Below are positions 58,648 to 64,000 of a stretch of 64,000 bases of DNA, in pieces. The notes beneath the pieces were generated by a model. The model was not told the DNA's origin, did no database searches, and saw nothing but the letters and a program-made list of their open reading frames with translations. The stretch covers positions 953 to 64,952 of the forward strand of contig CAZWTV010000001.1 in NCBI GenBank assembly GCA_964637225.1, given 5' to 3'. Source of the DNA: an uncultured Sediminibacterium sp. (GTDB lineage: Bacteria; Bacteroidota; Bacteroidia; Chitinophagales; Chitinophagaceae). The stretch's first letter is position 1. Each line of letters begins with the position of its first letter. Position numbers and translations under genes: made by a program.

Positions 58648-58662
58648 TAATAAACTAAGGAT

Positions 58663-59139
58663 ATGAGTGAAAATACAGTATACGTGACCCAGGAAACTTT
58701 TGATAAAATGCGTGAGCAATTACAAAAGATGAAGTCTGTGGATCGTCCTGCTGCTTCAAGAGCTATTGCAGAGGCTAGAGAAAAAGGAGACTTAAAAGAA
58801 AATGCTGAGTATGATTCAGCAAAAGAAGCGCAAGGAATTTTAGAAGCCAAAATTAAACAATTAGAAGCAACTATATCTAATGCTAAAATTGTAGATACAA
58901 GTACTATTGATACTAGTAAAGTAACTATTTTAACAAAAGTAACTATTACCAATCAGGCTACTAAAAAAACCATGACTTATCAGTTGGTGGGAGAAAAAGA
59001 AGCCGATTTAAAGGCGGGTAAAATTTCTGCCACTTCACCTATTGGTAAAGGTTTGATTGGAAAAAAAGTAGGAGAGTTGGCAGAAATTCAAGCTCCAAAT
59101 GGTGTTTTGAAGTTTAGCATAGATAATATAACTGTTTAA
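58663..59139 (+). CDS. greA: Transcription elongation factor GreA
   Basis: 158 aa; coiled-coil N-terminus with AREKGDLKENAEYDSAKE, FKBP-like C-terminus. Confidence 0.95.
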   Translation: MSENTVYVTQETFDKMREQLQKMKSVDRPAASRAIAEAREKGDLKENAEYDSAKEAQGILEAKIKQLEATISNAKIVDTSTIDTSKVTILTKVTITNQATKKTMTYQLVGEKEADLKAGKISATSPIGKGLIGKKVGELAEIQAPNGVLKFSIDNITV

Positions 59140-59145
59140 AAAGTC

Positions 59146-59535
59146 ATGACACTTTTCACCAAAATAATCAATGGCGAAATTCCATCCTATAAAATTGCTG
59201 AATCCGATAAATTTTATGCTTTTTTAGATATTTTTCCTTTACAAAAAGGGCATACTTTGGTTGTCCCAAAAATTGAAGTTGATAAAATATTTGAAGTACC
59301 AGATGCCTATCTTTCTTCATTACTCGTTTTTGCAAAGCCCATTGCAACTGCACTTGAAAAAAGTTTCCCTTGTAATAGAGTGGGTATAGTTACTGTGGGA
59401 TTAGAAGTGCCTCACGCACATGTACATCTCATACCTATTAATGCTGCTTCCGATTTAGAATTTTCTCAGCCAAAACTTTCATTCACGAAAGATGAATTTT
59501 TAGAAATTCAAAAAATCATTCTAAGTAATTTATAA
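59146..59535 (+). CDS. HIT-family (Hint-like) nucleotide hydrolase
   Basis: 129 aa; histidine triad PHAHVHLIP. Confidence 0.88.
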   Translation: MTLFTKIINGEIPSYKIAESDKFYAFLDIFPLQKGHTLVVPKIEVDKIFEVPDAYLSSLLVFAKPIATALEKSFPCNRVGIVTVGLEVPHAHVHLIPINAASDLEFSQPKLSFTKDEFLEIQKIILSNL

Positions 59536-59552
59536 GTATGATTACTTTTTTT

Positions 59553-60137
59553 CTATTTTATTAACCTTTCCGGATTTTTAGTGAGAAATGTTTTCCAGCT
59601 ATTTGCTTTTTTAGAAGATTTTTTTCCTTTAATACTTTTTGGTATAGGAAGTTGACAACCACTTATTTGATAATAATGACAAAGGGCAACCCCTAATGCA
59701 TCGGTGGCGTCATAGTATTTAGGTTGATTGTTTATGGCTAAAATTGTAGCTAACATTTTCCATAACATTTCTTTATCGGCATTACCATTGCCTGTAATAG
59801 ACTGTTTTACTTTTTTAGGAGCATATTCAGTAACAGGAATTTTAAATTGCATCGCAGCTGCAATAGCAACACCCTGTGCTCGACCTAATTTTAACATACT
59901 TTGAATATTTTTTCCAAAGAAGGGTGACTCAATTGCAAAATAATTAGGCTGATAGTTTTCTATTAATTCAATCATTTTAGCATAAATCATTTGAAGCCTA
60001 GCATAAATATCTTTTTCTTTAGTCATTTTTAATACATCCATTGTAACCAATTTTGGCTTAGCTCCTCCACACAATACAGCAAAACCTAAGATTTGTGTAC
60101 CTGGATCAATTCCTAAAATGATGGGTGTTTTTGACAT
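59553..60137 (-). CDS. ruvC: Crossover junction endodeoxyribonuclease RuvC
   Basis: Start moved to MSKTPIILGIDPGT (catalytic Asp at N-terminus); DATDALGVALCH near the C-terminus. Confidence 0.9.
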   Translation of the reverse strand: MSKTPIILGIDPGTQILGFAVLCGGAKPKLVTMDVLKMTKEKDIYARLQMIYAKMIELIENYQPNYFAIESPFFGKNIQSMLKLGRAQGVAIAAAMQFKIPVTEYAPKKVKQSITGNGNADKEMLWKMLATILAINNQPKYYDATDALGVALCHYYQISGCQLPIPKSIKGKKSSKKANSWKTFLTKNPERLIK

Positions 60138-60185
60138 ACATTGTAAAGTTACATATATCAATACAAATACCGAACTTTGTTATTC

Positions 60186-61103
60186 ATGAAAAATGTTCTC
60201 ATTAGAAATCTTAGAACCTATGGTAATAAATCAATTGGATTTATTTTATTTATAGTATGTGCCGTATCAATATACCATAAAGTAGCTACTAATGAAAATT
60301 TACTTCAATATGGAAATGATTTAAAGAATCAATGGTTGGAAATAAGTTGGCTACAATGGTTCATTTTAATAGGTTTATTTGCATTAAATTATTTTATAGA
60401 AGCAGTCAAATGGAAATTAGTTTTAGCCACGTTAAATCCCATTTCTATTGTACAATCTTTTAAAAGTGTATTAGTAGGACAGGCTTTTGCTTTTTTTACT
60501 CCTGTTAGAACAGGTGATTATGTTGGACGAATTTTATTCTTAGATACAGGAAATAAATTAAAAGGAGTGGCACAAATGGCATGGGCTTCTTATGCTCAGC
60601 TTTTAATTACTTTATTATTTGGAGCAGTGGGTGTATTTTTTAATCTCACTTTTTTGCCTTGGTTAACATGGTTAGCTCCTTTAATGGTTTTAGTAGCCTT
60701 GATCATATATTTTTATCCAGGAAATTTTAAAGGCTGGTTAAAAAAGTTAACACTTTTACAAATAACCACTAAGCTTAAGACACAATTGGTCTTACTATCT
60801 TTTTTAAAATATGGCACTTTTATGTTACAATATACATGGGTGGTAGCTATATTTCATATACCCATTGCTACTTTAGATCTTTGGTTGGCTTTAGCTGTTA
60901 TGTTTTTTTGTTTAAGTGTCATTCCTGCTATAGCCCTTACCGATTTAGTTATTCGTGGACAATTAATTATACTACTTTTAAGTCCTTTTTATAACAATAG
61001 TTTAATACTCATTTGTATTAGTACCATTGTATGGGCAGTTAATTTTTTATTACCATCTATAATAGGGTCTTTTCTATTACTGAATTACAGGATAAAGCAA
61101 TAA
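60186..61103 (+). CDS. Polytopic membrane protein, lysylphosphatidylglycerol-synthase-TM-like (flippase-like) family
   Basis: About 305 aa, 8 TM segments; family call from general resemblance only. Confidence 0.45.
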   Translation: MKNVLIRNLRTYGNKSIGFILFIVCAVSIYHKVATNENLLQYGNDLKNQWLEISWLQWFILIGLFALNYFIEAVKWKLVLATLNPISIVQSFKSVLVGQAFAFFTPVRTGDYVGRILFLDTGNKLKGVAQMAWASYAQLLITLLFGAVGVFFNLTFLPWLTWLAPLMVLVALIIYFYPGNFKGWLKKLTLLQITTKLKTQLVLLSFLKYGTFMLQYTWVVAIFHIPIATLDLWLALAVMFFCLSVIPAIALTDLVIRGQLIILLLSPFYNNSLILICISTIVWAVNFLLPSIIGSFLLLNYRIKQ

Positions 61104-61138
61104 TTTTGGAAATATTCTACTTATAGATCATATTAAGC

Positions 61139-61930
61139 ATGTATTTTTTATATCTTTTTCTTTGTTTTTTTTCCTTATTTCCTTTACAGGATAAAGGTTT
61201 ATGTAATGTAAATAATTCTGCTTTTTATGCAGGTGAAAAAATTAGTTATACTATATATTATAATGTCATTGGACTTTATGTGAATGCGGGAAAAGCCGAT
61301 TTTACGATACAATCTGGAAATTGGAATGATAATGATGCTTTCATTTTTACAGCCATAGGGAAATCAAATGTGAAGTATGACTGGATATTCAAGGTAAGAG
61401 ATAAATATGAATCGATAGTTGACTGCAGAACTTTATTGCCTTATCAGTTTACACGTCAAATTAATGAGGGTTCTTTTCATAAAAAGGAATTAGTGAAGTT
61501 TAATCAAAAAGCAAAAACTGTTTCAACTGCTGAAGAGGTATATAAAGTAGCCGATTGTACTTATGATGTAGTAAGTGCTATTTACGCTGCTAGAAATTTT
61601 AACTTTTCCAATGTAGTCATAAATGATAAAATTAACCTTAACTTTTTTCTTGATAAAACCTTATACCCTTCTTATTTTAAATATTTAGGTAGAGAAGTTA
61701 TTACTACTAAGTATGGTAAGTTTAAAGTGATCAAATTGGCACCTTTGTTATTAAAGGGGAGTATGTTTGAAGGCGGTGAAAAAATGTCCATTTGGGTAAC
61801 TGATGACGATAATCATATTCCAGTAAGGATTGAAACACCTATTATAGTTGGAACAATTAAAGTAGATTTAGTGGGGTATGAAAATATAAGATATCCATTA
61901 AGTTCATTAATTGAGCTGGTCAACAATTAA
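61139..61930 (+). CDS. DUF3108-like secreted beta-rich protein
   Basis: 263 aa; signal peptide; motifs such as GEKISYTIYYN..G.A.F resemble DUF3108; from memory only. Confidence 0.45.
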   Translation: MYFLYLFLCFFSLFPLQDKGLCNVNNSAFYAGEKISYTIYYNVIGLYVNAGKADFTIQSGNWNDNDAFIFTAIGKSNVKYDWIFKVRDKYESIVDCRTLLPYQFTRQINEGSFHKKELVKFNQKAKTVSTAEEVYKVADCTYDVVSAIYAARNFNFSNVVINDKINLNFFLDKTLYPSYFKYLGREVITTKYGKFKVIKLAPLLLKGSMFEGGEKMSIWVTDDDNHIPVRIETPIIVGTIKVDLVGYENIRYPLSSLIELVNN

Positions 61931-61935
61931 TTTCA

Positions 61936-62808
61936 TTAAGTAAGTACGATATCTTTTAATTGAAAACTGTTGGTGGCTCTTATTCCTTTTTCGGTTTCTA
62001 TTAATCGGCAGCATTCATGGACAGCATCATGTTCAAAAAAAAGTATATAGTTTTCTTGAACTGCAGTAGTCAAAAATTTTTCTTTTTCTTCTAAAGTTAC
62101 TAGGGGCTGCATATCATAACCCATAACATAAGCAAGGGGAATATGACCTACGGAAGGAAGTAAATCTGCCATATAAACAATAGTTTGAGAGCCAATTTTT
62201 ATTTTAGGAATTAGCATGCCCTCGGTATGCCCATTGACCACAAAACAACTTATGTTTTTTGTAAATTTTATTTCTTGTAAACTTGATTGATTCTGAAATG
62301 TAGGAATAGATATGAGTTTTAATTGACCACTTTCTTGAAGTGGGATAATATTTTCTGTCAGAAAAGAAGCTTTCTCTCTTTTGTTGGGATGCATGGCTAC
62401 ATTCCATTGTGTTTCACTTACCCAATAAGTGGCATGGGGTAGACTTGTTACAAATGAATCATTGATTTTGTTAATGGCACCTCCCACATGATCGAAATGC
62501 AAATGAGTCAATAATACATCTGTAATTTCTTCTACACTTATATTTATTTTTTGTAAAGCCTCTTTAAGGCTAACTGTTTCATGTGGATGATAATGACTAA
62601 AAAATTTGCTATCTTGCTTATTACCTAATCCTGTATCGATTAATATGAGACGGTTTTCTTCTCTGATGACCATACAGCGAAGCGCCCAAGTACATAAATT
62701 ATTTTCGTCTGCTGGATTGGTTTTGTTCCAAATAGACTTTGGCACCACACCAAACATAGCACCACCATCTAGTTTAAATTTACCTGTTTCTATACTATAT
62801 ACCTGCAT
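61936..62808 (-). CDS. Metallo-beta-lactamase fold hydrolase
   Basis: Start moved to MQVYSIETGKFKLDGGAMFG; HxHxDH motif THLHFDHVGG. Confidence 0.85.
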   Translation of the reverse strand: MQVYSIETGKFKLDGGAMFGVVPKSIWNKTNPADENNLCTWALRCMVIREENRLILIDTGLGNKQDSKFFSHYHPHETVSLKEALQKINISVEEITDVLLTHLHFDHVGGAINKINDSFVTSLPHATYWVSETQWNVAMHPNKREKASFLTENIIPLQESGQLKLISIPTFQNQSSLQEIKFTKNISCFVVNGHTEGMLIPKIKIGSQTIVYMADLLPSVGHIPLAYVMGYDMQPLVTLEEKEKFLTTAVQENYILFFEHDAVHECCRLIETEKGIRATNSFQLKDIVLT

Positions 62809-64000
62809 GATCTTTAACTTTTGAAGTACGGTATAATAATAATAAACCCACAATAAAAAATATACATAAGGCAAGTACTGAATTTCTTTGAGAGCCAGTA
62901 ATTTCATTTATAAATCCAAAACTAAACATACCAATTACAATAGCTATTTTTTCTGTGACATCAAAAAAACTAAAATAGCTTGTAGTATCGTGTGTTTCTG
63001 GCATTAGTTTGGAATAAGTACTTCGGCTCACCGATTGAATACCACCCATTACAAAACCCACTACTATAGCTAACGTATAGAAAGGAACTACGCTATTTCT
63101 TGGTAAATAATATCCCATAATACATCCGAAAATCCAAATAAGAATAGCGATCATAATGGTATTGAAATTTCCCCATTTACTAGCAAGTTTGGCTAATAAA
63201 TTAGCCCCTGGAATGGCAACAATTTGAATGATGAGAATAGCAATAATTAAATTTGTAGTGGGTATATTTAATTCGCTTTTGCCATATAAAGTGGCAGCTA
63301 ACATCACCGTTTGCACACCCATATTATAAAAGAAAAAAGATAATAAAAAACGTTTTAAAATTGGAAGACTTTTTAGTTCATTCCAAACTTTATGTAATTC
63401 TTTGTAACCTTGGGTTATAAGGTTATGACTATGTGCTCCTTTTACTCCTTTACCATGGGGTAAGCGAGCAATAGACATCCAACCAAAACCTATCCACCAA
63501 AGGCCTACTAATAAAAAAGAAATTTGAGAGGCTTTTGCTACTGTAATGCCAAACAAATCTGGTTTTAAAACAAAAACAAAACAAATAATTTGTAATAACA
63601 CTGAGCCAATGTAGCCCATCATAAAACCTTTTGCACTAATTCGATCTCTGTCTTCGGGTGCTGCTATTTCAGGTAAATAAGAATTATAAAAAACCAAACT
63701 TGCCCAAAATCCCACACAGGCAATAATGACAGAAACTAAACCACCTATGATATGATTACTATCAAAATAATATAAAGAGGCACAAGCCAAGGCCCCCATT
63801 GTACAAAAGAAACGAAGAAATTGTTTTTTGTTACCTCTATAATCGGCAATAGATGAAAGAATAGGTGAGAGAAAGGCTACAATTACAAAAGCTATTGCCA
63901 AAACATAATTATACAAAGCTGTATTAGAAAACTCATAAGGTCCAATTTTAATTTTATCTATGAGCGTGTTTTCATTGCCATCACCAGTAACTGCTTCATA
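62795..64000 (-). CDS. MFS transporter, UMF1/Atg22-like (N-terminus beyond window end)
   Basis: Frame stays open from the stop at 62795 to position 64000. The track 'M' at 63916 is a TTG, and hand translation upstream continues ..YEAVTGDGNENTLIDKIKIGPYEFSNTA. Multiple TM segments. Confidence 0.8.
   Translation of the reverse strand, partial: YEAVTGDGNENTLIDKIKIGPYEFSNTALYNYVLAIAFVIVAFLSPILSSIADYRGNKKQFLRFFCTMGALACASLYYFDSNHIIGGLVSVIIACVGFWASLVFYNSYLPEIAAPEDRDRISAKGFMMGYIGSVLLQIICFVFVLKPDLFGITVAKASQISFLLVGLWWIGFGWMSIARLPHGKGVKGAHSHNLITQGYKELHKVWNELKSLPILKRFLLSFFFYNMGVQTVMLAATLYGKSELNIPTTNLIIAILIIQIVAIPGANLLAKLASKWGNFNTIMIAILIWIFGCIMGYYLPRNSVVPFYTLAIVVGFVMGGIQSVSRSTYSKLMPETHDTTSYFSFFDVTEKIAIVIGMFSFGFINEITGSQRNSVLALCIFFIVGLLLLYRTSKVKDHAGI

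Overview
AT-rich, gene-dense chromosomal segment of a Bacteroidota-type genome. This is supported by a gldK-L-M-N gliding/T9SS core, TAnnTTTG -7 promoter boxes, few Shine-Dalgarno sequences, and an unlinked pheT and gatA. About 62 protein genes fill nearly the whole window, and almost all are housekeeping. They include nuoA-D (nuoD truncated at the window start), a cobalamin-riboswitch-controlled TonB receptor, and a TolC/adaptor pair. Also present are gpsA, hemW, hemD, gldKLMN, uvrC, engB, gpmI, dnaX, rsmE, dnaB and pheT. Further along are zapA, rny, rplS, tatA (not in the ORF track), gatA, purA, a RelA/SpoT homolog and atpB-E-F-H-A. The window ends with pdxA, rsmA, greA, ruvC and a truncated MFS gene. 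I found no rRNA, tRNA, CRISPR array, transposase, integrase, phage gene or recognisable defence island, so I cannot point to a clear new multi-gene system. Five observations deserve follow-up. (1) dnaX contains an A10 run at the domain III/IV boundary, and both shifted frames stop within 1-3 codons, making it a candidate tau/gamma recoding site. (2) The ATP synthase operon terminates after atpA, and a translationally coupled ABC ATPase / ABC-2 permease / LolA-like / secreted helical protein module sits where atpG is expected. (3) DnaB carries a C-terminal tail ending in an SSB-tip-like DDQPF. (4) DnaA-box-like repeat arrays lie in the dnaB/pheT and nuoA upstream regions. (5) The greA leader contains a terminator, resembling E. 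coli GraL. Several ORF-track N-termini are artefacts because alternative start codons fall inside -7 promoter boxes. I give corrected starts for those. All coordinates were checked by hand against the sequence, and no database search was possible.
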